A stretch of 64,000 bases of DNA. Source: an uncultured Arcobacter sp. Its GTDB lineage: Bacteria > Campylobacterota > Campylobacteria > Campylobacterales > Arcobacteraceae. The notes beneath the pieces were generated by a model. The model was given only the letters and a program-made list of their open reading frames with translations, was not told the DNA's origin and made no database searches. Below, piece by piece: positions 10,264-20,625 of the stretch (the stretch's first letter is position 1; every line of letters begins with the position of its first letter). Position numbers and translations under genes: made by a program. The stretch lies in assembly GCA_965140705.1 (NCBI GenBank), contig OZ223300.1, positions 576,001 through 640,000 of the forward strand, given 5' to 3'.

Positions 10264-10953
10264 TTGAAATTTATATTTGTAACACTGTTTCCAAATCTTA
10301 TTGAACCTTATTTTTATGATTCAATATTAAAAAGAGCAGTAGAGGATAACTTTATATCATATGAATTCTATAACCCAAGGGATTATACAGAAAATAAACA
10401 TAAAAAGACAGACAAACAAATGGTTGGTGGAGGAGCAGGGATGTTAATGACTCCCCAACCACTATTTGATTGTTTGGATGAAATCAAAATCAAAAATCCT
10501 GATGCTTATATTATTTTTCCATTAGCTGCTGCAAAACCTTTTAATCAAAAAGATGCAAAAAGATTAGCAAAGAAAAAAAATATAGTTATTGTAAGTGGAA
10601 GATATGAAGGAATTGATGAAAGAGTTATAGAAAAGTATGCAAATGAAGTATTTAGTATAGGAGAATATATACTAACTGGTGGAGAATTACCTTCATTGGT
10701 CATGGCAGATGCAATTTCTAGAAATGTTCAAGGTGTACTTGGAAATGCTGATTCTTTAGTAATGGAAAGTTATGAAAATAATCTTTTAGAAGCTCCATCT
10801 TTTACAAAACCTGAAAATTTCCAAAAATTAAGTATAGTTAAAGAATTTTTAAAGGGAAATCATAGTAAAATTGCCGACTTGAAAAATAATCTGGCTATTT
10901 GCAAAACAAAATATTATAGACCAGGTTTAATCACGAACAAAAAAATAAAATAG
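10264..10953 (+). CDS. trmD: tRNA (guanine37-N1)-methyltransferase
   Basis: [20 protein letters not shown] and [11 protein letters not shown] motifs; TTG at 10264 matches the usual N-terminus. Confidence 0.95.
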   Translation: MKFIFVTLFPNLIEPYFYDSILKRAVEDNFISYEFYNPRDYTENKHKKTDKQMVGGGAGMLMTPQPLFDCLDEIKIKNPDAYIIFPLAAAKPFNQKDAKRLAKKKNIVIVSGRYEGIDERVIEKYANEVFSIGEYILTGGELPSLVMADAISRNVQGVLGNADSLVMESYENNLLEAPSFTKPENFQKLSIVKEFLKGNHSKIADLKNNLAICKTKYYRPGLITNKKIK

Positions 10954-11008
10954 AAGTGTGATACCCCGCAACTTGCAAATGCGGGCACTTTCACCAAAGG
11001 GAAATACA

Positions 11009-11365
11009 ATGAAAAATAGATACATTGCGAGCTTTGAAGCAGCGCAAATTGCAGAAAAAGAGATTCCTCAATTTAGAGCGGGTGATACTGTTAGACTTGG
11101 TATTGAAATTAAAGAGGGTGAGAAAAAAAGGGTTCAATCTTTCGAAGGTATTGTTATTGCAAGAAGTGCTGAAGGTGTAAGCGCTACTCTTACAGTAAGA
11201 AAAATCGGAGCTAACTCAGTTGGTGTTGAAAGAATTTTCCCATTATATTCAGAGTCAATTAAAACTTTTGAAGTAATAAGAAGAGGTAGAGTAAGAAGAG
11301 CTAAACTTCACTACTTAAGAGGATTAACTGGTAAAAAAGCTAGAATTAAAGAGCTTAAAAAGTAA
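11009..11365 (+). CDS. rplS: 50S ribosomal protein L19
   Basis: [14 protein letters not shown] and RRAKLHYLR motifs; ATG 11009 follows AAGGG. Confidence 0.97.
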   Translation: MKNRYIASFEAAQIAEKEIPQFRAGDTVRLGIEIKEGEKKRVQSFEGIVIARSAEGVSATLTVRKIGANSVGVERIFPLYSESIKTFEVIRRGRVRRAKLHYLRGLTGKKARIKELKK

Positions 11366-11374
11366 TCTTTTATT

Positions 11375-11400
11375 AGTCGAAGTTTTTACTTCGACTTTTT
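11375..11400 (+). terminator. Intrinsic terminator after rplS
   Basis: AGTCGAAGT-ttt-ACTTCGACT hairpin followed by a T-run. Confidence 0.8.
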
Positions 11401-11406
11401 ATTCTT

Positions 11407-11931
11407 ATGATTACTGCTAAAGTTCTAATTCACACAGCTCTTCAACCAGAAGCACAATATTTAATCAACTACTATAAACTCAAACAAGACAATTCTGTTC
11501 AAAATTTCAAACTGTTTTTTAATGATAATATTATTTTAATAGTCTCAGGTATGGGTAAAACTAATACTATAGATTCTTTAAAATACGTATTTGAAAACTA
11601 TAATATTAAAAAAGCTATAAATATTGGAATCGCAGGGTGTTGTGATGAGTCTATTAAGATAGGAACTCTATTTTGTACAAATAGATTGTTACCAAATATT
11701 AATTTTGCACCAATTACTACAGTTGAAGAACCTCTTGATAGTGATGAAGATTTAGAAACACTTCTCGTAGATATGGAAAGTTCACATTTTAAAGAGACTT
11801 GTTTAAAATATATAAAGGATATATATGTTTTTAAAGTGGTTTCTGATTATTTAGATGTAACAATTCCTAAAAAATCATTTGTTATTGATTTGATACAAAA
11901 AAGCTTTAAATCGTGGGAAAAATATATATGA
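11407..11931 (+). CDS. Nucleoside phosphorylase / MTA-SAH nucleosidase-like protein (short form)
   Basis: TAL..EA, SGMGK, INIGIAG, VDMES and KVVSD motifs of the PNP/UDP family. Confidence 0.75.
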   Translation: MITAKVLIHTALQPEAQYLINYYKLKQDNSVQNFKLFFNDNIILIVSGMGKTNTIDSLKYVFENYNIKKAINIGIAGCCDESIKIGTLFCTNRLLPNINFAPITTVEEPLDSDEDLETLLVDMESSHFKETCLKYIKDIYVFKVVSDYLDVTIPKKSFVIDLIQKSFKSWEKYI

Positions 11932-13199
11932 GTATAGAAAAATTCAATGAGCATATTACAAAAACTAACTATGAAAATCTAAAAGAGAAAAATAAAGAGT
12001 TTATCAAAGAGGTATATCTAAAATATCTTTTTTCATATCAAGAATTAAAACAACTAATCGATTTTGCAATTGATTTTAATATGTGGAATGAAAAAGAACT
12101 TTATGAAGTTTTTGAAGAAAAGTATCCTTCAAGAAAAAATGCCTTTAATCATATAAGAAAGATTTGGGAAGATTTAAAAAGTTCTTCAAATTCATATAAA
12201 ACCTTTGATGAAAAAGCATATGAAAAACCTAGAAGATTCTCTTTTAATGAGATAAAAAAAGAGAGTGTTGGTCTTGGTTCTTGTCCTGTTGCAAGTGAAA
12301 GTACTAGATGCTGTAATTTACTAACTCTAGATGCAGTTCAATCTTGTGGTTTTGATTGCTCTTATTGTTCTATTCAATCTTTTTACAATCAAGATAAAAT
12401 AGGCTTTGATGTAAATTTCAAAGATAATCTAAAAAAGTTAAAATTAGATCCAAATTATACTTATCATATAGGAACAGGACAGAGTTCTGATTCTCTTATG
12501 TGGGGAAATAAAGATGGTCTTTTAGATGCACTATTTGATTTTGCTAGGGAAAATCAAAATGTTATTTTAGAGTTTAAAACAAAATCAAATAATATAAAAT
12601 ATTTTTTGGAAAATGATGTCCCAGCAAATATTATTTGTACTTGGTCTTTAAATACACCAACAATTATAAAAAACGAAGAGCATCTAACTGCAACATTAGA
12701 ACAAAGAGTTGATGCTGCAAAAGCTTTAGCAAATAAAGGTGTAATTGTAGGATTCCATTTTCATCCAATTGTTCATTATGAAAACTATTTAGATGAATAC
12801 AAAGAGATTTTTGATAAATTAATAGCTGAATTTGATCCAGATGATGTAGCTTTAGTATCTTTTGGAACACTTACGTTTATAAAACCAGTTATAAATAAAA
12901 TAAAAAGTAGAGATTTTAAATCAAAAATCTTACAAATGCCCTTTGAAGAGATAAATAAAAAACAATCATATCCCTATGAAATAAAAAAAGAGATGTTTAA
13001 ATTTGCCTATAACTCTTTTAAAGCGTGGCACAATAAGGTATACTTCTATTTATGCATGGAAGACCACAAACTTTGGAAAGATTGTTTTGGTTATGAATAC
13101 TTTTCTAACAATCAAATGGAAGATATGATGAAAATGTCATACTTGAATAAAATTAATCAAAAAAATAGAGTTAAGAAAAATGTCAAAAGAGAAAAGTAA
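11928..13199 (+). CDS. Radical SAM protein, spore photoproduct lyase-like family
   Basis: CGFDCSYC (CxxxCxxC), GTGQSSDSL, LEFKTKS, WSLN and GFHFHPI. ATG 11928 overlaps the upstream stop (ATGA). Confidence 0.8.
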   Translation: MSIEKFNEHITKTNYENLKEKNKEFIKEVYLKYLFSYQELKQLIDFAIDFNMWNEKELYEVFEEKYPSRKNAFNHIRKIWEDLKSSSNSYKTFDEKAYEKPRRFSFNEIKKESVGLGSCPVASESTRCCNLLTLDAVQSCGFDCSYCSIQSFYNQDKIGFDVNFKDNLKKLKLDPNYTYHIGTGQSSDSLMWGNKDGLLDALFDFARENQNVILEFKTKSNNIKYFLENDVPANIICTWSLNTPTIIKNEEHLTATLEQRVDAAKALANKGVIVGFHFHPIVHYENYLDEYKEIFDKLIAEFDPDDVALVSFGTLTFIKPVINKIKSRDFKSKILQMPFEEINKKQSYPYEIKKEMFKFAYNSFKAWHNKVYFYLCMEDHKLWKDCFGYEYFSNNQMEDMMKMSYLNKINQKNRVKKNVKREK

Positions 13200-13953
13200 A
13201 TTAAATGAAAAAGAAATTACTTTAACCCTATCAGGTGGAGGTGTAAGAACAGCTGCTTCTCTTGGAGTAATAAAATACTTAGAAGAAAATAATTTTAAAA
13301 TAAAAAAACTCTCAGGAACAAGTGGGGGAGCAATAATTGCTTTACTTTATGCCTATGGTTTTTCAATAGATGAGATTAAAGAGTTTTTTTTTACAATAAA
13401 TAAATGGGATTTATTTAGATTTAGATTCAACTCGATTTTAAGTTTAAATAAAGTAGAAAAGAAATTAAGAGCTTTTATTAAAGATAAAGAGATAAAAATA
13501 CCAGTTGAAATATGTGTAACTAATATTGAAACAGGAAAAGCAGAATATCATAGTAAAAATGATTTGATAAAATCAACTATAGCCTCTTGTTCTCTTTTAC
13601 CATATTTCTCATCAGTTGAAATTGATAAAAAGCATTATGTAGATGGTGGATATAGTGATAATTTGCCTAATAAAAATCTTTGCAAAATGAAATGTTTAAA
13701 TATAAGCGTAAATGTTAATAATTTACCAAATAAATTTTCTTATAAAAAAGATGTTTTACATAAAAGATCATTGTTTATATTAACCCAAAGTGCTATGAAA
13801 AGAGCAAAAAAAAGAGCAGATTATTTTGTGAATATAGATACTATTTCAGAAATAAAATTATTTGATTTTAAAAGTTTTGATTTTGTTTTAAAAGAGGGAT
13901 ATAAAAAAGCAAATGAAATACTAAATGTAGGAAAATTAAATAAAAATCTATAG
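13180..13953 (+). CDS. Patatin-like phospholipase
   Basis: LSGGGVR, GTSGG (catalytic Ser) and YVDGG motifs. Confidence 0.88.
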   Translation: MSKEKSKLNEKEITLTLSGGGVRTAASLGVIKYLEENNFKIKKLSGTSGGAIIALLYAYGFSIDEIKEFFFTINKWDLFRFRFNSILSLNKVEKKLRAFIKDKEIKIPVEICVTNIETGKAEYHSKNDLIKSTIASCSLLPYFSSVEIDKKHYVDGGYSDNLPNKNLCKMKCLNISVNVNNLPNKFSYKKDVLHKRSLFILTQSAMKRAKKRADYFVNIDTISEIKLFDFKSFDFVLKEGYKKANEILNVGKLNKNL

Positions 13954-14000
13954 TTTATGGAGAGTTCCATTACAAGGCTTTTTATGGTATTATTCCAAGT

Positions 14001-14069
14001 TTAAGTAATAATTAAATTGAAAATATGATGAAAATGTCATATTTAAGTAAAATAAATAAAAGAAGATAA
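14001..14069 (+). pseudogene. Decayed duplicate of the 3' end of the SPL-like radical SAM gene
   Basis: 52/69 nt identical to 13101-13169 by hand count; translates LSNN*IENMMKMSYLSKINKRR* versus FSNNQMEDMMKMSYLNKINQKNR. Confidence 0.8.
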
Positions 14070-14816
14070 ATGAATATACTTGAAATAGATAAATTAAGCT
14101 TTTCATATGATAAACAAGTTATTCTTGAAGATATAAGTTTAACAATAAAAGAGAATGATTTTTTAGCGATTATTGGACCTAATGGTGGAGGAAAATCCAC
14201 CTTATTAAAAGCAATTTTGGGAATAAACAAAGTTAAAAAAGGGAAAATAAAATTCTTAGGTTCAAAAGTTGAAAAAAATATTTCTACAATAGGGTATGTT
14301 CCTCAAAATACAAATGTAAATGTAAATTTTCCAATAAAAGTAATTGAAGTAGTAATGATGGGGCATGTTGGGCATAAGCGACCATTACTTGGGTATAAAA
14401 AAGAAGAGATAGCTTGTGCTATGGGTGCTTTGGAACAAGTTGGTATGCAAGATTTTGCCAATGCAAAAATTGGAACTCTTTCAGGAGGGCAAAGACAAAG
14501 AGTAATGATAGCACGTGCACTTTGTGCTCACCCTAAAATCTTACTTTTAGATGAACCTACAGCTAGTATTGATGTGGATGGACAAAAACAAATTTATGAT
14601 TTATTAAAACTTCTAAATAAATCAATCACAATTGTAGTTGTAAGTCATGATATTTCGGTTATTTTAGGTTATGCCTCAAAAGTTGCTCACATAAATAAAA
14701 AATTGACTTTCCATGATATCTCAAATAGAAGAAATGATATTCCCAATGCTGATAATCATTTTTGTGAAGTTGAAATGCTTCAATTATTTGGTACACAAAA
14801 GAGTTGCGGATGTTAG
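14070..14816 (+). CDS. znuC: Zn/Mn ABC transporter ATP-binding protein
   Basis: GPNGGGKS, IGYVPQ, LSGGQRQR and LLLDEP motifs; His/Cys-rich tail. Confidence 0.8.
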   Translation: MNILEIDKLSFSYDKQVILEDISLTIKENDFLAIIGPNGGGKSTLLKAILGINKVKKGKIKFLGSKVEKNISTIGYVPQNTNVNVNFPIKVIEVVMMGHVGHKRPLLGYKKEEIACAMGALEQVGMQDFANAKIGTLSGGQRQRVMIARALCAHPKILLLDEPTASIDVDGQKQIYDLLKLLNKSITIVVVSHDISVILGYASKVAHINKKLTFHDISNRRNDIPNADNHFCEVEMLQLFGTQKSCGC

Positions 14817-15619
14817 AGGTATTAAATTATACATTTATTCAAAATGCAATTATTGCAGGAGTGTTAGTTAGTATTGCTGCTGGAATTATTGGTTCATTGA
14901 TTGTTGTAAATAGAATGGTATTTTTAGCAGGTGGAATGGCACATACTTCTTATGGTGGAATTGGAATAGCCATTTATTTTGGACTTCCAATTTTTTTAGG
15001 AGCTACAGTGTTTTCAATTGGTGCTGCTCTTTTAATGTCATATTTAACCCTTTATCAAAGGGAAAGAATAGATACTTTTATTGGCCTTATTTGGGCTTGT
15101 GGTATGGCTATTGGGATTATTTTAGTGGATTTAACGCCTGGATATAATGTAGATTTGATGAGTTATTTATTTGGATCAATCTTAGCTGTTGGAAGTGATG
15201 ACTTAATTTTTATGGCAATATTAGTAGCTTTTATAATTATAATAGTAAGTCTTTTTTATAGGGATATTTTAGCTGTTTCATATGATAGTGAATATGCCTC
15301 TTTAAGAGGAATAAATGTAAAAGTATTTTATACCTTGATTTTAGTTTTATCAGCATTAACAGTTGTGATTGCAATTAAAGTTGTGGGATTGATTTTGGTA
15401 ATTGCTCTTTTGACGATTCCAATATATATTGCTGAAAAACTATCAAATTCATTATATGGAATGATGGCAATATCAGCCCTTTTATCTTCGCTTTTTACTT
15501 TAGTTGGTCTTTATTTGTCTTATACTTTTAATTTGACTTCAGGGGCAACTATAATAATTGTAAGCGCAATGTCACTATTTATGTTTATAATATATAAAAA
15601 AATTAGAGTTGGTGTTTAA
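14810..15619 (+). CDS. znuB: Zn/Mn ABC transporter permease
   Basis: ABC-3 motifs AHTSYGG, YLFGSIL and [12 protein letters not shown]. Confidence 0.8.
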   Translation: MLEVLNYTFIQNAIIAGVLVSIAAGIIGSLIVVNRMVFLAGGMAHTSYGGIGIAIYFGLPIFLGATVFSIGAALLMSYLTLYQRERIDTFIGLIWACGMAIGIILVDLTPGYNVDLMSYLFGSILAVGSDDLIFMAILVAFIIIIVSLFYRDILAVSYDSEYASLRGINVKVFYTLILVLSALTVVIAIKVVGLILVIALLTIPIYIAEKLSNSLYGMMAISALLSSLFTLVGLYLSYTFNLTSGATIIIVSAMSLFMFIIYKKIRVGV

Positions 15620-16227
15620 TGTTACATGAAATAGTTGACTTCATCGTTCAAACAGTTGGAAGTTTAGGTTATATAGGAATATTTATTATGATGTTTTTAG
15701 AAAGCTCTTTTTTCCCTTTCCCTAGTGAAGTAGTTATGGTGCCAGCTGGATATTTAGCCTATCAAGGTGAGATGAATATGGGTATTGCAATTATTTGTGG
15801 AGTATTGGGAAGTTTATCAGGTGCTTTATTTAACTACTACTTAGCTGTAAAATTTGGAAGAAAGTTTTTAATTAAATATGGAAAGTATTTTTTTATAAGT
15901 GAAGAAACTATAAATAAAATGGAAAAGTTTTTTAAAGATCATGGGCATATCTCAACTTTTTCAGGAAGATTAATTCCAGCTGTTCGACAATATATCTCAT
16001 TTCCAGCAGGTTTAGCAAAAATGAATATATTTTTATTCTCTTTATATACTAGTTTAGGTGCTGCTGTTTGGGTTATAATATTAGCTTTAGTTGGATATTT
16101 TATAGGGGATAATCAACTTTTAATTAAAGAGTATTTAAGAGTTATTATTATTGCTATTTTAATAGTTTTATCTATAGTTGCATACTTTTATTATAAAAAT
16201 TTTAAAAGAAAAAGTTTAAACCAATGA
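15619..16227 (+). CDS. DedA-family membrane protein
   Basis: [12 protein letters not shown] and GRLIPAVR motifs. Confidence 0.9.
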   Translation: MLHEIVDFIVQTVGSLGYIGIFIMMFLESSFFPFPSEVVMVPAGYLAYQGEMNMGIAIICGVLGSLSGALFNYYLAVKFGRKFLIKYGKYFFISEETINKMEKFFKDHGHISTFSGRLIPAVRQYISFPAGLAKMNIFLFSLYTSLGAAVWVIILALVGYFIGDNQLLIKEYLRVIIIAILIVLSIVAYFYYKNFKRKSLNQ

Positions 16228-16859
16228 AAGCAATAGTTACAGGATATAGCTCAGGAATAGGGAAAGCTATTTCTGATATTTTAGAAAGTAATGCTTATGA
16301 AGTAATAAAGTTAAAAAGTAGGCTAAATAATTTTGAGGCTTTAGAAAAAGAGATAAAATCTTTACTTAAAGAAAATGATATTAATATTCTGGTAAATTGT
16401 GCAGGTATTGGTATTTTTAAACCCCATGAAGAGGTATCATTAGCTAAAATAAAAGAGTTAATTGATGTCAATTTAACAGCACCAATTATTTTATCAAATT
16501 TGCTCCTTAGAAGTTTGAAAAAAACAAAAGGGCATATTATAAATGTAGCTTCAATAGAAGCCACAAGACATTCGAAGTTTTCGGCACTTTATACTGCTAC
16601 TAAATCAGGACTTAGGAATTTTGGTTTAGCACTATTTGAAGAGCTTAGGCGAAGTGATGTTAAAGTTACAACAATAAATCCAGACCTTACAAAAACAAAT
16701 TTTTTTAATGATTTTAATTTTGAACCAGGAGATAGCAAAAATTCATACCTTATAGCTGAAGATATTGCAAAAAGTGTATTAGAAATTATAAATTATAATG
16801 GTGTTATAACTGATATAACAATTAGGCCTCAAAAATTAGAGATAAAAAAGAAGATTTAA
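16224..16859 (+). CDS. Short-chain dehydrogenase/reductase
   Basis: [13 protein letters not shown] and YTATK motifs. Confidence 0.88.
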   Translation: MKAIVTGYSSGIGKAISDILESNAYEVIKLKSRLNNFEALEKEIKSLLKENDINILVNCAGIGIFKPHEEVSLAKIKELIDVNLTAPIILSNLLLRSLKKTKGHIINVASIEATRHSKFSALYTATKSGLRNFGLALFEELRRSDVKVTTINPDLTKTNFFNDFNFEPGDSKNSYLIAEDIAKSVLEIINYNGVITDITIRPQKLEIKKKI

Positions 16860-16860
16860 T

Positions 16861-18234
16861 ATGAATGAAAAAAACATAGAACAACTTGATCAATTAATTG
16901 AAATACTTAATAGTGAAATATTAGAGTTCAAAAAAGACAATAACAATAGTGTTCACCCTTATGATATCTCTGAACAACTTTTAAAGCTTAGAGATATTGA
17001 TGAAGATGAATACTCTAAAATGCTTAAAAAAATCCCAAGTGCTCTTCTTGCTGAAGTTTTATCTGAGATGCCAGATATTGTTCAAGAAGAGATTAGTGAT
17101 CATATCAGTACTAAAAAAATAGTTGCAATTACATCAAGTATGGATACCGATGATGCAGCTGACTTTATTCAAAATATCTCTGAAGATAATGAAGAGTTAG
17201 CCCAAGAGATTTTGGAAAGTTTTGATGAAGAAGATAAAGAAGTACTTGAGCAACTTATCTCTTATAGTGATGATGAAGCTGGTGCTTACATGCAAACAGA
17301 GCTTTTTAGTGCAAGAAATGATGAAAAAATTGGTGATGCAATAAAAAGGCTAAAAGATTTAAAAGAAATTGGAGAAGTTGATAATATTTGGCATTGTCAT
17401 ATTACAGGTAAAAGAGGCGAATATATAGGAAGTGTTGGATTAGAAGAGTTAATAATCTTTGAACATGATATGAAGTTTTCTGATATTCCAAGTGATAAAT
17501 TAAGAAATTATAAGATTTCTCATAAAGCTGACTTAAAAGATGTGGTAGAGATGGTTACAAACTATAACTTATCTAGTTTACCTGTTGTGGATAATAGAAA
17601 TAGACTTATTGGTAGAATTACATCAGATGACGTTTATGACATCATCCAAGATAGTGCGACTGAGCAAATCTATAACATGGCAGGGGTTAATGATGAAGCA
17701 GAGCAAGAAGAGAGCATGTATCAAATCGGAAAGAGTAGAGCGATTTGGTTAGGTGTAAACTTGGTTACTGCAATTGCTGCTTCTATTGTAATTGGGATGT
17801 TTGATGCAACTATTCAATCCCTTGTTGCCTTAGCAGTACTTATGCCAATAGTAGCTTCTATGGGTGGAAATGCAGGAACACAAACATTAACCGTAACTGT
17901 AAGACAGTTAGCTTTAGGTGATATTGAAAATGAAGATGCAAAAAAAACTATAATAAAAGAAGTAATAATATCTTTGGTAAATGGTTTTCTTTTTGCAGGA
18001 GTGGTAGGCTTAATTGCATATTTATGGTTTAAATTGCCACTATTGGGTCTTGTTATTGCAATGTCTATGGTTATTAATCTAATTAGTGCAGGGTTTTTTG
18101 GTGCAGTTATACCTTTAACTTTACAAAAATTAAAAATTGACCCAGCAATTGGAAGTACAGTATTACTTACAACTGTTACTGATGTTGTTGGATTTTTTAG
18201 TTTCTTAGGACTTGCAACTTTAATACTTCTATAA
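16861..18234 (+). CDS. mgtE: Magnesium transporter MgtE
   Basis: Acidic N-domain, CBS pair, GGNAGTQ, DPA..S and TTVTD motifs. Confidence 0.93.
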   Translation: MNEKNIEQLDQLIEILNSEILEFKKDNNNSVHPYDISEQLLKLRDIDEDEYSKMLKKIPSALLAEVLSEMPDIVQEEISDHISTKKIVAITSSMDTDDAADFIQNISEDNEELAQEILESFDEEDKEVLEQLISYSDDEAGAYMQTELFSARNDEKIGDAIKRLKDLKEIGEVDNIWHCHITGKRGEYIGSVGLEELIIFEHDMKFSDIPSDKLRNYKISHKADLKDVVEMVTNYNLSSLPVVDNRNRLIGRITSDDVYDIIQDSATEQIYNMAGVNDEAEQEESMYQIGKSRAIWLGVNLVTAIAASIVIGMFDATIQSLVALAVLMPIVASMGGNAGTQTLTVTVRQLALGDIENEDAKKTIIKEVIISLVNGFLFAGVVGLIAYLWFKLPLLGLVIAMSMVINLISAGFFGAVIPLTLQKLKIDPAIGSTVLLTTVTDVVGFFSFLGLATLILL

Positions 18235-18705
18235 TTAGATTATTGGTCTTTTGTACCTCATGAAATATAAAGATGGGAGTGCAAGACCAAAACTAATCGC
18301 TCCAATAATAGAGACTGATTTTAATCCATTGTCAATAAAAATGGCAATTAATTCCATACTTACTCCATGGGAATTCATATCAACTAAACTTATCATTGCA
18401 GTAAAAGCATAAGTTCCTGGAATCATAGGAATAATGGAAGCAACAGTATAAATAGGTCTTGGAACTAAATTTTTTCTTGACCAATATAAGGCAATAATAC
18501 CAATAATTACTGAAGAAAAAAATGTTGATAATTCTATTGTCAAATGTAAAGTCATAAAAAATTCTCTACAAGTATAAACAATAGCTCCACCCATGGCACA
18601 ATATTTTAGTGCCGATTTGGGTACATTAAAAAGCATTGCAAATCCAACAGCTGGAATAGCTGCAAAAATAGCATGTAAAAAAATATTTTCTAAAGTATCA
18701 ATCAT
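18235..18705 (-). CDS. ThrE-family exporter, small subunit (YjjB-like)
   Basis: GFAMLFNVP and IIPMIPG motifs; hydrophobic; paired with the YjjP-like gene. Confidence 0.82.
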   Translation of the reverse strand: MIDTLENIFLHAIFAAIPAVGFAMLFNVPKSALKYCAMGGAIVYTCREFFMTLHLTIELSTFFSSVIIGIIALYWSRKNLVPRPIYTVASIIPMIPGTYAFTAMISLVDMNSHGVSMELIAIFIDNGLKSVSIIGAISFGLALPSLYFMRYKRPII

Positions 18706-18706
18706 C

Positions 18707-19474
18707 TTACCAACCCTTTATATTAAAAACTGACATGGCAATAATTATTCCAATAGAAGTTGCAAGTGTCAAAAGTGAAGCTTGCATCCATCGTCCCCAA
18801 GCCATTGATAGATACCCTTTAGTTGCATCAAGCATTGAGTTTATAAATGGAAATCCAGGAACTAAAAGTAAAACAGATGCTGATAAAACAATATTTGAAG
18901 TGGAACTAATATTAAAATATGATGCCAAGTGTGCAATTGCTGTTGCACAAAAAGCTGTAATTCCAAATGTTAAAATTAAAACAAATTTCTTTTTTGCTAA
19001 CTCTTGTCTTATAATCATTGCTATTGAAGCAGCAAAAAAAGTTACAAAAAAACCATTTAAATCTATACCTCTTAAATATCCAAAAGAGGCACAAGACAGT
19101 CCTACCATAAAGACCACAAGCCATCTATTATAATAGTTTGGTTTTATATTCTTTAAAGTAGTTGTTATAAAATCAGCAGACAAATTAGGATTCTTTTCAG
19201 CATCAATAGTCATTTTTTGTACGTCATAAACAATTGACATATTAATTGGTTTGTGATGTGAACGCCTTGTGGTAGTTACTGATTGTGAGTCTTTTAAAGT
19301 AGTTAATACAATAGCAGAAGGTATTAAAGAGATTTCAACAGAATCAACACCTAGAGCTTTACCCAATCTTTGAGCTGTTTGTTCTACTAAAATACTTTCA
19401 GCTCCAAATTCTAACATTAATACAGCTGATTTTATAACAGCTCTTGTAATTTTTGTTTGTTCTTCATAATTCAT
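18707..19474 (-). CDS. ThrE-family exporter, large subunit (YjjP-like)
   Basis: GAES, INMSIV and LLLVPG motifs; ATG 19474 is the likely start. Confidence 0.82.
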   Translation of the reverse strand: MNYEEQTKITRAVIKSAVLMLEFGAESILVEQTAQRLGKALGVDSVEISLIPSAIVLTTLKDSQSVTTTRRSHHKPINMSIVYDVQKMTIDAEKNPNLSADFITTTLKNIKPNYYNRWLVVFMVGLSCASFGYLRGIDLNGFFVTFFAASIAMIIRQELAKKKFVLILTFGITAFCATAIAHLASYFNISSTSNIVLSASVLLLVPGFPFINSMLDATKGYLSMAWGRWMQASLLTLATSIGIIIAMSVFNIKGW

Positions 19475-19679
19475 TAGTTTTTTTCCATAAAAGTATTTTA
19501 TCACTTTTATTAAAAAACTTTGAAATATAATTGTATAAAAAATAGTATATTTTTCTATTTTTTGTTCCAAGTTGAACTAATATACACATAAAAGTAAATA
19601 AAATCAAATAATTTAGAGGTAAACAAGGCTTTATAATGTAGTTTTGATTATAATTTCAAAATTAAATCAAGGAATACTA

Positions 19680-20015
19680 TTGAAGAATCTTACAAACTTT
19701 TTTTTAGAAAAAAAAGATATCATTTTTAAAGAATTAAATGAAGTATTGCCAAAAGAGTTAAATAGTAGAAAAAAAATTGAAATATATTGTGGGACATCTA
19801 CAAATAAAGAGTTTATTGCAATATTTATATATAATTCAAAAAGTAGATTTATTAGAAAAAATGTAGAAGATTTAGAAAAAATGTTTGATACTCTTATAGA
19901 TTATAAAGGACACAACTTTAAGAAAAAGTATTTACTTATAAGTTCACCTTTGTGTTCAAAAGCAAAAAAAACATTACAAGATAATAACTGGAGTATTGAT
20001 ATTGATTTTATGTGA
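19680..20015 (+). CDS. Hypothetical basic protein upstream of coaX
   Basis: TTG at 19680 after AAGGA; overlaps the coaX start; contains KSRF and PLCSKA. Confidence 0.65.
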   Translation: MKNLTNFFLEKKDIIFKELNEVLPKELNSRKKIEIYCGTSTNKEFIAIFIYNSKSRFIRKNVEDLEKMFDTLIDYKGHNFKKKYLLISSPLCSKAKKTLQDNNWSIDIDFM

Positions 20016-20625
20016 TATAGGAAATAGTACATACCATTTTTTGATAAATGGTAAGGACAAAAGATATTTATTAGATGAAGAACTACCTAAATTTGATGAT
20101 GAAATATATTTTGTCTCTGTAAATGATAGAGGTTCTAAGAAACTTATAAAATCAAATCCACAAGCAAAAAATATAGAAAAGCTAATGAAGTTTGAGACAG
20201 AATATAAAGGCTTGGGAATAGATAGAGCACTTGCATGTTATTTTGAAAAAAATTGTGTAGTTGTAGATGCAGGAAGTGCTATAACAGTTGATATTATGGA
20301 TGAGAAACATTCTGGTGGTTTTATATTACCAGGTTGTAGAGCATATATGAATACTTACCCTAAAATCTCCAAAAAACTAAATTTTGATTTTGATATAAAT
20401 ATAAATTTGGATAAAATACCGCTTCAAACAAAAGATGCTATATCATATGCTATGATGAAATCTATTATTTTACCAATCAAAGAAGTAAGCAAAAACAGAA
20501 AAATCATTTTTACAGGTGGCGACGGAGAGCTATTTAGTAAATATTTTGAAAATAGTGTATATAAAAAAGATTTGATATTTATGAACATGAAAAGGATTAT
20601 TGATGCTAACAATTGCATTGCCTAA
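19996..20625 (+). CDS. coaX: Type III pantothenate kinase
   Basis: DIGNS, GLGIDR, VVDAGSAITVD and TGGDG motifs. Confidence 0.92.
   Translation: MILILCDIGNSTYHFLINGKDKRYLLDEELPKFDDEIYFVSVNDRGSKKLIKSNPQAKNIEKLMKFETEYKGLGIDRALACYFEKNCVVVDAGSAITVDIMDEKHSGGFILPGCRAYMNTYPKISKKLNFDFDININLDKIPLQTKDAISYAMMKSIILPIKEVSKNRKIIFTGGDGELFSKYFENSVYKKDLIFMNMKRIIDANNCIA

Noticed and set aside
10961..10975. CCCCGCAACT resembles part of the cobalamin riboswitch consensus
   Set aside because: The other conserved elements are absent, the spacer is too short, and it precedes rplS.
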